NCBI GenBank assembly: GCA_030149205.1
Contig: JASBSB010000001.1
Location: 620,712-652,711 of the forward strand
DNA: 32,000 nucleotides
Direction: 5' to 3'
Source of the DNA: Candidatus Heimdallarchaeota archaeon
Lineage (GTDB): Archaea; Asgardarchaeota; Heimdallarchaeia; Heimdallarchaeales; Kariarchaeaceae
Position 1 is the first letter of the stretch. Every line of letters begins with the position of its first letter. Both the position numbers and the translations under genes were made by a program. Below the pieces are notes generated by a model, which did no database searches, had not been told where the DNA came from, and saw only the letters and a program-made list of their open reading frames with translations. Below are positions 16,600 to 24,303 of the stretch, one piece after another.

Positions 16600-17616
16600 T
16601 TAAAGTTCATTATAATCAACATCATTTAGTTCTGTTGAACCCACGATTCTTTGTTTTGAATTTAAATTTAAAATTGTTATTCGACTTTTTGAATGGATGG
16701 CAACCTCTTTTTCTAAATTAAAACTTAGAGTTCCATCTCTTTTGTCAGTGGTAAAGCTTGTTACCTTAATAGGACGATGTGCAATTCCAAAGACAGCATG
16801 AAGCATTTCACCCTCATTAATAGAGGTGAACATTGGGGCTAACTTAACCTTAAGACCATTAACTCGATTAATCACCTTCACTGAGCTATCATCTGTTGTG
16901 ATCAAAGTTCCCCTTTCAATGTTTTTTGGAAGAACACCTCTTAAAGCCAATCCAACATGCGACCTTTGAGAAACCTCATGAACATCAACATCGTTGAGTT
17001 GAATTGATTTTATGACCCCAGTCACACCCTCTGGTAGGCAAATGATCTTGTCACCTTTCTTAATTGTTCCTTGTAGCAAAGTTCCAAGTATTACAGCACC
17101 AACACCTTGAACAGTAAATATATGATCAACTTCGACAATCGGTGGACCTGTAAGAACATAAGGGGGAAGTTTACTTGCTAAAATCTTCTCTTTGATTTCA
17201 TTTAACTGATGAGGCTCAACAAACAACTTAGGATAATTTGTAACAAAAGATGATTGGAACAATTTGTCAAATTTTGAAAAATAGTCCTGGAATACTGATG
17301 CATTTTCTCCAACAATTGCAAGTACACCTGGAATTTGTAGACAATCTGCTAAAATTGATGACTCTGCCACCTCTGCATTAATTCCCGAGGTTGGGATAGG
17401 TATCAATACTATCTCTGCCATATGTGTTGCCAGAACCAATGGAATCGGTTTATCAGGATATTTTAACGGGATAACTGTCGTTTGAACATAGGGTTTTGAA
17501 AGTGTCAACAGCAAAATATCACTCTGTGTCCCCCTTTTTCCCCAAGATTTCGTAATAAGTTCGATAATATCTGGGTTACCACTTAGCAATCCTACAGTTA
17601 AATGTTGCTTCTCCAT
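16600..17616 (-). CDS. EF-Tu/SelB-like protein with intact domain II beta-barrel but degenerate G domain (putative pseudo-GTPase)
   Basis: The domain II signature is VDHIFTVQGVGAVILGTLLQGTIKKGDKIICLP...GVIKSIQLNDVDVHEVSQRSHVGLALRG...IERGTLI. In the N-terminal region the P-loop position reads GLLSGNPD instead of GHVDHGKT/S. No DxxG or NKxD motif is recognisable. Confidence 0.7.
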   Translation of the reverse strand: MEKQHLTVGLLSGNPDIIELITKSWGKRGTQSDILLLTLSKPYVQTTVIPLKYPDKPIPLVLATHMAEIVLIPIPTSGINAEVAESSILADCLQIPGVLAIVGENASVFQDYFSKFDKLFQSSFVTNYPKLFVEPHQLNEIKEKILASKLPPYVLTGPPIVEVDHIFTVQGVGAVILGTLLQGTIKKGDKIICLPEGVTGVIKSIQLNDVDVHEVSQRSHVGLALRGVLPKNIERGTLITTDDSSVKVINRVNGLKVKLAPMFTSINEGEMLHAVFGIAHRPIKVTSFTTDKRDGTLSFNLEKEVAIHSKSRITILNLNSKQRIVGSTELNDVDYNEL

Positions 17617-17660
17617 TTCGTATAACTTTGGTTATGAGTTTTTAACCTAGGCATTCATTC

Positions 17661-18374
17661 TTAAATTTCATCTAAATTAGGTTGTATTGTTGCTTTTATC
17701 TCTTCATTGTGCTTTAATAATCCTTTCAGTTTAACTTCAAACTCACAGTATTGTGAACTTTCATTCTTAAAGGAACTATGTTTTTTAACCATAGAATTTG
17801 AATCAAAAACATAATCAAAAATTGCGGATATACCCCCCGAAACCAGACTACATGATAAATTATGTTTTGGGTCTCCACTACATAAGCATTTGGAAATCCT
17901 AACAACAAACCTTGAGTTAGAGGGAGATGTTTCAGTGACGGTAATCTCAGTTGAAACACTTGGTTTACCCTCATCAGAATAATTGATTTCTATGAAGGGA
18001 TAGGTAATTGAGATGAATTTTGATAAAAGTTCTGTGTCATTTTTTAAACCTGGGTTTGGACACTCATTACCCAAGATTGTTGCAATGTTTTCGTGAACTA
18101 AGTTATACCCAATAGATTTTGCAATATTTGATGATTTCGATGCAGCAGATATTCTTCTAAACCAATCACCATAAGTGTCATGATAATAATTTCGTGTCCG
18201 CAAATCTCCGGTTTGATTCACCCCGTTTTGTTCATTTAGATGTTTAAGTACGGACCTTACAGTATTTCTATGAAGCCCACTAATTTCACCCAACTCTTGT
18301 ATAGATAACTTCATAGGTAGCTTTTTTAGCAAGAGTTGTATAGTTTCTGTTGAACTTAAACACCTCTTACTCAT
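17661..18374 (-). CDS. Winged-HTH plus V4R-like domain putative ligand-sensing regulator
   Basis: The N-terminal HTH is LSIQELGEISGLHRNTVRSVLKHL. The C-terminal Cys pattern (KCLCSGDPKHNLSCSLVSGGISAIFDYVF...SSQYCEFEVKL) resembles the V4R (4-vinyl reductase) consensus C..C....G...G......C.F.v. Confidence 0.55.
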   Translation of the reverse strand: MSKRCLSSTETIQLLLKKLPMKLSIQELGEISGLHRNTVRSVLKHLNEQNGVNQTGDLRTRNYYHDTYGDWFRRISAASKSSNIAKSIGYNLVHENIATILGNECPNPGLKNDTELLSKFISITYPFIEINYSDEGKPSVSTEITVTETSPSNSRFVVRISKCLCSGDPKHNLSCSLVSGGISAIFDYVFDSNSMVKKHSSFKNESSQYCEFEVKLKGLLKHNEEIKATIQPNLDEI

Positions 18375-18413
18375 TTGTAATCACCTGTGGGTTAATTGAG
18401 GTTATTAATAATT

Positions 18414-18716
18414 TTAGTTTGTCTCTATTGATTTTCGTGCATCGCTAATGTGAGCATCCAATAGAGATGGATCCATACTTGGATTAAGTGTATAGAAAAT
18501 ACTCCTCATATCTTCTAGATTTGGGATCTCTGAGATCACATCTTCCTCTGCTAATCTTTTTAATGCATATCTTACTGTTTTTGCAGGCATGTTTACTTTC
18601 AAAATTAACTCTTTTTGAGTTAGGGGGGAATTTTCAGCTAGGGCTGAGATAAGTTTTTTCGAAGATTTTGGAAGTTTTGGTAATCTGTTTACTATTTGAT
18701 TCATTGTTTTCACCAA
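18414..18716 (-). CDS. Small winged-helix DNA-binding protein (MarR/ArsR-like fold)
   Basis: The 100 aa product has LISALAENSPLTQKELILKVNMPAKTVRYALKRLAEEDVISEI...RSIFYTLN, read as helix-turn-helix plus wing. Confidence 0.65.
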   Translation of the reverse strand: MVKTMNQIVNRLPKLPKSSKKLISALAENSPLTQKELILKVNMPAKTVRYALKRLAEEDVISEIPNLEDMRSIFYTLNPSMDPSLLDAHISDARKSIETN

Positions 18717-18792
18717 ACTCGCACAATATTACTTGTGTTCAACCCTATTATTGTTCGAATTTATATAAAGCTTTGCTTCATTAAGGTTGATT

Positions 18793-18810
18793 TTGTGCAA
18801 ATTTGCACAA
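18793..18810. promoter_or_regulatory. Perfect 18-bp palindrome TTGTGCAAATTTGCACAA in a divergent promoter region (putative operator)
   Basis: The sequence is self-complementary over all 18 nt. It lies between the wHTH gene (start 18716, minus) and the EutA-like gene (start 18912, plus). Related half-sites GCACAA (18721-18726) and TTGTGT (18733-18738) sit next to the wHTH start. Confidence 0.45.
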
Positions 18811-18911
18811 TTTTAGGATGTTCCAGCTAATATTCTATTTCCAAGGAAAAATACAATGTTATTAAATAAGAAAGATTAAAAGACGTTAAAATAAGTTTTC
18901 AACAGCACGAA

Positions 18912-20921
18912 ATGACTAAAGATTCACAATCTTCTAATGAAGAGCTTGTTAACCTCCTGCATTTTTATCTCCAACAATATTTTAAAGGTCAAGAACTAGA
19001 AAAACAAGATTTCCTAGAGGAAACCCTTAGAGATTTAAAGAAAGCATCAGAAAAATTTCAAAAATTTGACAGGGTGGGAAGATATGAACAGATGTTAAAA
19101 TCTTTTAAAGAGATTATTTCATCTGAAATCAATGAGAAGGATAAAGATAATTTTTTAACTGGGTTGAAATTCCTCCTTATACCTTCCTACATTTCTTTCA
19201 ATAGAGGATCAATGGAAAAGGAGGATACACTAATTTTACCCGGTTCATTAAAATCATTTGATTTAATCCATGTCTGTCAGGTTTGTAAAGAAGAATTTGA
19301 AATCCCAGGATATATTAAAACCCAACTCTATGAGGGGAATGAACTTGAGAAGGTATATTTGCACCATGATAATCCGCTCAAAGTGAAAATTATTCGCATT
19401 GAAAAAGAAATTGATACTGAAACCGAGGATTACAAGAAGCTGAGAGAAGAAGCAGATAGTAGGTTAGACTTTCTCCTTGGGATTGGTTCTGATCCATCAA
19501 AGACCCAAGAAACTATAATAAGTGTGGGAATTGATATTGGGTCTTCAACTACTCATCTTATTTTCTCAAAATTATTATATCTCCAAGAATTATCTTTTTT
19601 TAATCTATCTAATAGATTTCAACTTGCAAGTAGAAAGGTATTATATGAGGGGAACATCATCAATACACCATTGATTAATTCAACCACAATAGATACGAAG
19701 AGAGTAATTGAGTTTATTCATCAGGAATATAAACTGGCAGGTATTAGACCTCAGGAAGTCGACACTGGTGTTGTAATTATAACAGGCGAGTCTGCGAAAA
19801 AGTCAAACGCAAAAGAAATAGTTGATCAAGTAGCGGATGACTCTGGAAAGTTTGTCAGTTCAACCGCAGGCCCCAATTTTGAATCAGTGCTTGGGGCTTT
19901 AGGCAGTGGAATGGTAGAATTATCAGAAAGAGATTCGATAAATATAGCAAATATTGATATAGGAGGAGGAACCTCAAATCTTGCTTTTATTCAAAATGGT
20001 GAAATTGTAAGCACTGCTTGTATCAGTGTAGGAGGAAGATTGCTAGGTATAGACCAAGAAAACCAAATATGGAAGATAGATGAACCAGCCAGCTTGGTGT
20101 TGAAACAACTTAATCTTCAATATGGAATTGGTGATAAAATTTCGAATAAAGATTTAAAGATGATCGTTTCCCAATTTACACAATCATTAGTTGAACTCAT
20201 TCTTGGGGAAGAACCTTCTGAGATTACAAAAGGGTTAATGATGACCCCTTTTCCGGAAATTTTGCCTGGAGCAACAGTTTCCTTTTCAGGCGGTGTTGGG
20301 GAGCTATTTTATCATCCAAGGGGTTTTTTTGATGATATTGGTCTTCTTTTGGCAGAAAAGCTTAAACAAGTTTGTGATACAAAAAAGATAGCGGTCATAG
20401 AACCAGTAAACAAAATAAAGGCAACCGTGATTGGTGCAGGTTCATTTTCTCTAACAGTTTCTGGTTCTACAACATTTGTAAGTAAAGATGTAGAATTCCC
20501 AATAAAAAACGTTCCAGTTTTACCAGTGGCTGTAGACAAATCAAAATTTAGCTCTGAACATGTCGAAATGGCAATTCAATCTGCATTTAGGAAGTTTGAT
20601 ATTGAAGAAGGAAACGAGGTTGTAGCACTTTATTTTAGGGAACCTATTTATAACCAATACTCTTACATCTTAAAATTAGCTGAAGCAATCTCCATTTCCC
20701 TGACCAGATCAATTAAGTTAGAGCAACTTGTAATTTTGCTCTTCGGTCAGGATCTTGCCTCTTTAATTGGAATCGAAATGAATAAAAAAGGCTTGATTAA
20801 ATCGAACCTTGTCTGTATAGATGAACTAAATCTTAAGGAGGGTGATTGGATAGATATCGGTACACCTCTTAAAGATAATTCAACCTTTCCCGTAACAGTT
20901 AAATCACTCGTATTCAGGTGA
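18912..20921 (+). CDS. EutA-like ASKHA (actin/Hsp70-fold) ATPase with a ~190 aa N-terminal extension
   Basis: From about residue 195 the sequence reads VGIDIGSSTTHLIFSKL, VDTGVVIITGESAKKSNAKEIV, GKFVSSTAGPNFESVLGALGSG and NIDIGGGTSNLAFIQNGEIVSTACISVGGRLL. These match the phosphate-1/2 and adenosine motifs of bacterial EutA as I recall them. The N-terminal extension is helical and has a CQVC...HH putative metal site. Confidence 0.7.
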   Translation: MTKDSQSSNEELVNLLHFYLQQYFKGQELEKQDFLEETLRDLKKASEKFQKFDRVGRYEQMLKSFKEIISSEINEKDKDNFLTGLKFLLIPSYISFNRGSMEKEDTLILPGSLKSFDLIHVCQVCKEEFEIPGYIKTQLYEGNELEKVYLHHDNPLKVKIIRIEKEIDTETEDYKKLREEADSRLDFLLGIGSDPSKTQETIISVGIDIGSSTTHLIFSKLLYLQELSFFNLSNRFQLASRKVLYEGNIINTPLINSTTIDTKRVIEFIHQEYKLAGIRPQEVDTGVVIITGESAKKSNAKEIVDQVADDSGKFVSSTAGPNFESVLGALGSGMVELSERDSINIANIDIGGGTSNLAFIQNGEIVSTACISVGGRLLGIDQENQIWKIDEPASLVLKQLNLQYGIGDKISNKDLKMIVSQFTQSLVELILGEEPSEITKGLMMTPFPEILPGATVSFSGGVGELFYHPRGFFDDIGLLLAEKLKQVCDTKKIAVIEPVNKIKATVIGAGSFSLTVSGSTTFVSKDVEFPIKNVPVLPVAVDKSKFSSEHVEMAIQSAFRKFDIEEGNEVVALYFREPIYNQYSYILKLAEAISISLTRSIKLEQLVILLFGQDLASLIGIEMNKKGLIKSNLVCIDELNLKEGDWIDIGTPLKDNSTFPVTVKSLVFR

Positions 20922-20924
20922 TGA

Positions 20925-22307
20925 TTAACTTAGCTTTATTGGCAGTCCTATCACAGGGTTATGAACTTTAAATCCATTTGAAAGCTTAGATGTTAGATCA
21001 AAGCGGTTCACATCATCTCCGTGTACAAAAATTAAATCTTTCGGTTTCACTGCATCAATCATCTTTTTAATACCTTCGGCTGATGAGTGTCCTGAGAATT
21101 TGAACTGCATAACTCGAGAGTTTATGTAAATCTTTCTTTCCCTGTTTCTATTCTTTGTCACAATAATCTTAGAGCCTTCTAACACTTCACGACCAATAGT
21201 TCCTTCTGCTTGGTAACCGACAAAAGAAATTAAACTTCCTGGATCATTTGCGTTGAATTTCAGGTGGCTATGAATTGGAGAAGGCATCATCATTCCAGAG
21301 GTTGATATTATGATACAGGGTTCATCAAGCTCACCCAAATGTTTGCGAAATTCATATGGATAATCAAAATTTTCATGAGTTATGGCCACCATGTTTTTTG
21401 CTTTGAACGGTGAGTTATTGGTATTAAAACCTCGCTTAAGGAAACTTCCTGAGACCCAGTTTTCATCCAAGTAACGCTCTGTAATCCTATTCATTTTGTT
21501 GATCATACCATCAATATAAATAGGGTAATCATGAACCTTTTCTGCTAGAACTGTTAGAATTTCTTGTGAACGTCCAACTGCGAAACATGGTATGATAACT
21601 TTACGTCCAGAATTTAGCACCTCCCTGATCTCATCAACAAACAATTCATTTACAATCTCACGTGATGGTACAGGGACGTCTCCATTGGTAGTTTCGGAGA
21701 TAAGAAGGTCTATATCATCTGGAACTAACTGAAATCCATCAAAAAATCCCGTCTTATTGTCATTAATATCACCTGTATAGAGAATTTTATAACCATCCCA
21801 ATCTATGATAGATTGTGCAGAACCAAGTATATGTCCTGCGTTAACAAATTTGAGTGTGATTCCAGGTAATATTTCTTTTACAGTGTTATAATGAAGACCC
21901 ACAATATTATCTAAGGTTTCGTAGAGATTTTCCTCTGTCCAATGACGTTCTTTCTCAATTTTGAGATGATCTTTCCAAAGAAGCTCGACTATCTCAATAG
22001 TGGGAAGTGTCATGTAGACTTTTCCCTTGAACCCATTTTTGTACAATGCAGGGATATAACCTGAGTGGTCAACATGTGCATGTGATAAGATAATAGCATC
22101 AATCTCTGAGGCATACTCATCCAAACCTTCTGGACCCAAGGATGGCTCATAGGGTCTTAGTTTAATCCCTGCCTCCAATAAAATAGTGTGCTTTCCATTT
22201 CTAATAAGAAAAGCACTTCTCCCAACCTCACCACAGCTTCCAAAGCCTATAAATTCAAAGCCCTCATTATTTTCCAAACGAGTAGCTTCTTTTTCTTCTA
22301 TATTCAT
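20925..22307 (-). CDS. Metallo-beta-lactamase / beta-CASP ribonuclease (aCPSF2-like, no KH domains)
   Basis: ILSHAHVDHSGYIP is the HxHxDH motif. The beta-CASP region has LISETTNG, FSGHSS and IFVHGDD motifs. The product is 460 aa. Confidence 0.85.
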   Translation of the reverse strand: MNIEEKEATRLENNEGFEFIGFGSCGEVGRSAFLIRNGKHTILLEAGIKLRPYEPSLGPEGLDEYASEIDAIILSHAHVDHSGYIPALYKNGFKGKVYMTLPTIEIVELLWKDHLKIEKERHWTEENLYETLDNIVGLHYNTVKEILPGITLKFVNAGHILGSAQSIIDWDGYKILYTGDINDNKTGFFDGFQLVPDDIDLLISETTNGDVPVPSREIVNELFVDEIREVLNSGRKVIIPCFAVGRSQEILTVLAEKVHDYPIYIDGMINKMNRITERYLDENWVSGSFLKRGFNTNNSPFKAKNMVAITHENFDYPYEFRKHLGELDEPCIIISTSGMMMPSPIHSHLKFNANDPGSLISFVGYQAEGTIGREVLEGSKIIVTKNRNRERKIYINSRVMQFKFSGHSSAEGIKKMIDAVKPKDLIFVHGDDVNRFDLTSKLSNGFKVHNPVIGLPIKLS

Positions 22308-22453
22308 TTTTCTACAATTTATAGTGGAGGTCAGATAATAAAAACTATGGTTTAATGTCCTAGAATTAAAAATTTCAAAGAGGTGAAGAATTTGAGGAGG
22401 AATTACCTAAGTGATTAGTTATTCTTTTTAAGTTAATCAACCTCAGTAGTAGT

Positions 22454-23152
22454 ATGAGCAAAAAGAGCTCGAAGAAGGACAAGGCAATGGAAGATTTTGC
22501 CTCAAAGCTCTTGGGTATTGAGAAGAAAGACGAGGAGGAGAAAATGGAGATCCTGAAAGATGGAATACACAAGAGGGAATCTGAGCTAAAGGAAATCAAA
22601 CATTCCAAGAGTCTAAACCAAAAAGTTGCTAAGATAAGAGAAGATGCAGGTATGTCAAGGTTTGTTGGGACAAAGGAGAAAATTAAATCCCCAAGGATTA
22701 AAAGGAAACAATTTATTGAAGAATTGGCAAGAGAGGTATTAGATGTGGGTTTACATGAATTAAGTGACTCTGGGTATGTAACTACACAATTAGCTTTTGC
22801 AAAGTTATTTTCAGAAATAAGGCCTAATTGGAAGCTTAAGAAAAATGATATCAAAGAGGCAATCCAGCTCCTAGAAGAGAATAATATCATTCCAAAGACA
22901 TTACCCCTGAAATCTGACGTAATTATTAGATTTAAAGCCACTGAACTTTCGGATGATGTACAAAAGGTCTTGATCACTTGCGACAAGATTGATGTGATAG
23001 AATTTAATGAATTGGTATCATTGTTAGGATGGATTCCCGAGAGGGTGAAATTTTCAATTGAAGAGCTTGAAAAATTGAATTTAATCTCCACTGAGGGGGA
23101 TGAACTCTTCTTTTTTGGAAACAGAACAGAACCTAAAACTGAAGAATTTTAA
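22454..23152 (+). CDS. EAP30/Vps22(SNF8)-like tandem winged-helix protein (ESCRT-II-like)
   Basis: The N-terminus is a charged helix. The following segment is collinear with human SNF8 as I recall it. SGYVTTQLAFAKLF...LKKNDIKEAIQLLEENNIIP...VIIRFKATELSDDVQKVLITCDKIDVIEFNELVSLLGWIPERVKFSIEELEKLNLISTEGD lines up with GGLITLEELHQQV...VSQDDLIRAIKKLKALG...YLIQSVPAELNMDHTVVLQLAEKNGYVTVSEIKASLKWETERARQVLEHLLKEGLAWLD. The 238 aa antisense ORF (22375..23091) is Ser/Leu/Phe-rich shadow. Confidence 0.6.
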   Translation: MSKKSSKKDKAMEDFASKLLGIEKKDEEEKMEILKDGIHKRESELKEIKHSKSLNQKVAKIREDAGMSRFVGTKEKIKSPRIKRKQFIEELAREVLDVGLHELSDSGYVTTQLAFAKLFSEIRPNWKLKKNDIKEAIQLLEENNIIPKTLPLKSDVIIRFKATELSDDVQKVLITCDKIDVIEFNELVSLLGWIPERVKFSIEELEKLNLISTEGDELFFFGNRTEPKTEEF

Positions 23153-23235
23153 GTAGCATTAGAACATTCACAGGATAATTTATTAGGAATACTTAATAAC
23201 ATTAGCGAGTAGATTAATTTGATTAGGTGTACTAG

Positions 23236-24300
23236 ATGTTTCCAGATGATTTGTTATCACAATTGCCTCCTCAAGGAATCACTATAGGTATGAAGGCACT
23301 ACTTTATGCTGGAATTCTCACAATTATTTTAACAGTTTTGTTCACGTGGATTTTCTCACGGAAATACAAATCTTCTACCTCATCTTCACATTCCAATGAA
23401 CCTGCATTACATTCATTATCTGTAAAATTGGCAAATGAGGATGATAAAATTGCTGCTCTCAAAGCAGAGAAAAAGGGTATGGAACTTATAATTGATGAGT
23501 TAACACAGGCAAAGAACACAGGGTTGCTCGCAACTTCTTCTTATGTTAAGCTGAAGAGAGGATATGATACCGATCTATTATTGATCCAACAAAAAATTGA
23601 GGATTTAAGTGTAAATGAAGATATTCTCTCTGATCAATTAAGGCCAAGACATCACAGGGGAAGCGATGATGATGAATTGTTTGATGAAGACCTTTCAGAC
23701 TTAGAAGCAGACTTACAATCGCGATTGACGAGTGATGACCCACTGTTCCCATCTGCCTTAAGAGATAAACAATCAGGCTCAGCTTCAACAGTAGCATCTG
23801 GAAACACCCCTAAAACCACTCAGGTGAAGAACATTCCAGCTCCAGCAAAAAGTTCTGATCTTCGTGCTGATGCTATGAACATTCCTGCGCCAGTAAAAAG
23901 CAGTATTCCTGCACCTACAAAAAAGAGCAGTAATACCCCGTCAGCTACAACAAGTATACCTGCTCCTACTAAGAGCAGTATTCCTGCACCTCCAACAAAG
24001 AGCAGTGCTACCCCATCAGCTACAACAAGTATACCAGCACCTACCAAGAGCAGTATTCCTGCACCCACAAAAAGCAATATTCCTCCCCCAACAAAGAATT
24101 CTATTCCTGCTCCAACAAGGAGCTCTTCAGAGGATTTGAACATACCCTCTGCCAAATTACCTGACCTAAGCACAACCATTGAATCTGATGAAAATGAACC
24201 AGGTAAATTTGCAAAGAGCACTAGTATAGCTGCTTTAAGAATGGATATGTTAAAAGAATTAGCTCGATTAAAGAAATATATAAGTGAAGACGAAGAATAA
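23236..24300 (+). CDS. N-terminally membrane-anchored protein with coiled coil, acidic segment, Pro/Thr/Ser octapeptide repeats and a C-terminal amphipathic helix
   Basis: The single TM helix (ALLYAGILTIILTVLFTWIF) is followed by SRKYK, so the positive-inside rule puts the bulk in the cytoplasm. A SHOCT-like/coiled-coil segment follows (KIAALKAEKKGMELIIDELTQAKNTGLLATSSYVKLKRGY), then a D/E-rich stretch. There are 9 IPAPTKSS-type repeats. The C-terminus is KSTSIAALRMDMLKELARLKKYISEDEE. Confidence 0.7.
   Translation: MFPDDLLSQLPPQGITIGMKALLYAGILTIILTVLFTWIFSRKYKSSTSSSHSNEPALHSLSVKLANEDDKIAALKAEKKGMELIIDELTQAKNTGLLATSSYVKLKRGYDTDLLLIQQKIEDLSVNEDILSDQLRPRHHRGSDDDELFDEDLSDLEADLQSRLTSDDPLFPSALRDKQSGSASTVASGNTPKTTQVKNIPAPAKSSDLRADAMNIPAPVKSSIPAPTKKSSNTPSATTSIPAPTKSSIPAPPTKSSATPSATTSIPAPTKSSIPAPTKSNIPPPTKNSIPAPTRSSSEDLNIPSAKLPDLSTTIESDENEPGKFAKSTSIAALRMDMLKELARLKKYISEDEE
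23830..24126 (+). repeat. In-frame tandem repeat array: 24/27-nt IPAP(T)K(S)S units, including a higher-order 75-nt duplication
   Basis: The units read NIPAPAKSS, NIPAPVKSS, IPAPTKKSS, IPAPTKSS, IPAPPTKSS, IPAPTKSS, IPAPTKSN, IPPPTKNS, IPAPTRSS. The blocks 23905-23979 and 23980-24054 are near-identical 75-nt copies (IPAPTKKSS-NTPSATTS-IPAPTKSS versus IPAPPTKSS-ATPSATTS-IPAPTKSS). Confidence 0.9.
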
Positions 24301-24303
24301 TCT

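Noticed and set aside
22375-23091. 238 aa minus-strand ORF overlapping the EAP30-like gene
   Set aside because: It is extremely Ser/Leu/Phe/Ile-rich, as expected for the antisense of a Lys/Glu-rich gene. The plus-strand product has a recognisable fold pattern, so the minus ORF is a shadow.
23830-24126. Possible PTAP/PSAP late-domain (ESCRT-I/UEV-binding) motifs in the Pro-rich repeats
   Set aside because: The repeated core is P-A-P-T or P-S-A-T, not P-(T/S)-A-P. No exact late-domain motif is present, so I make no UEV-binding claim.
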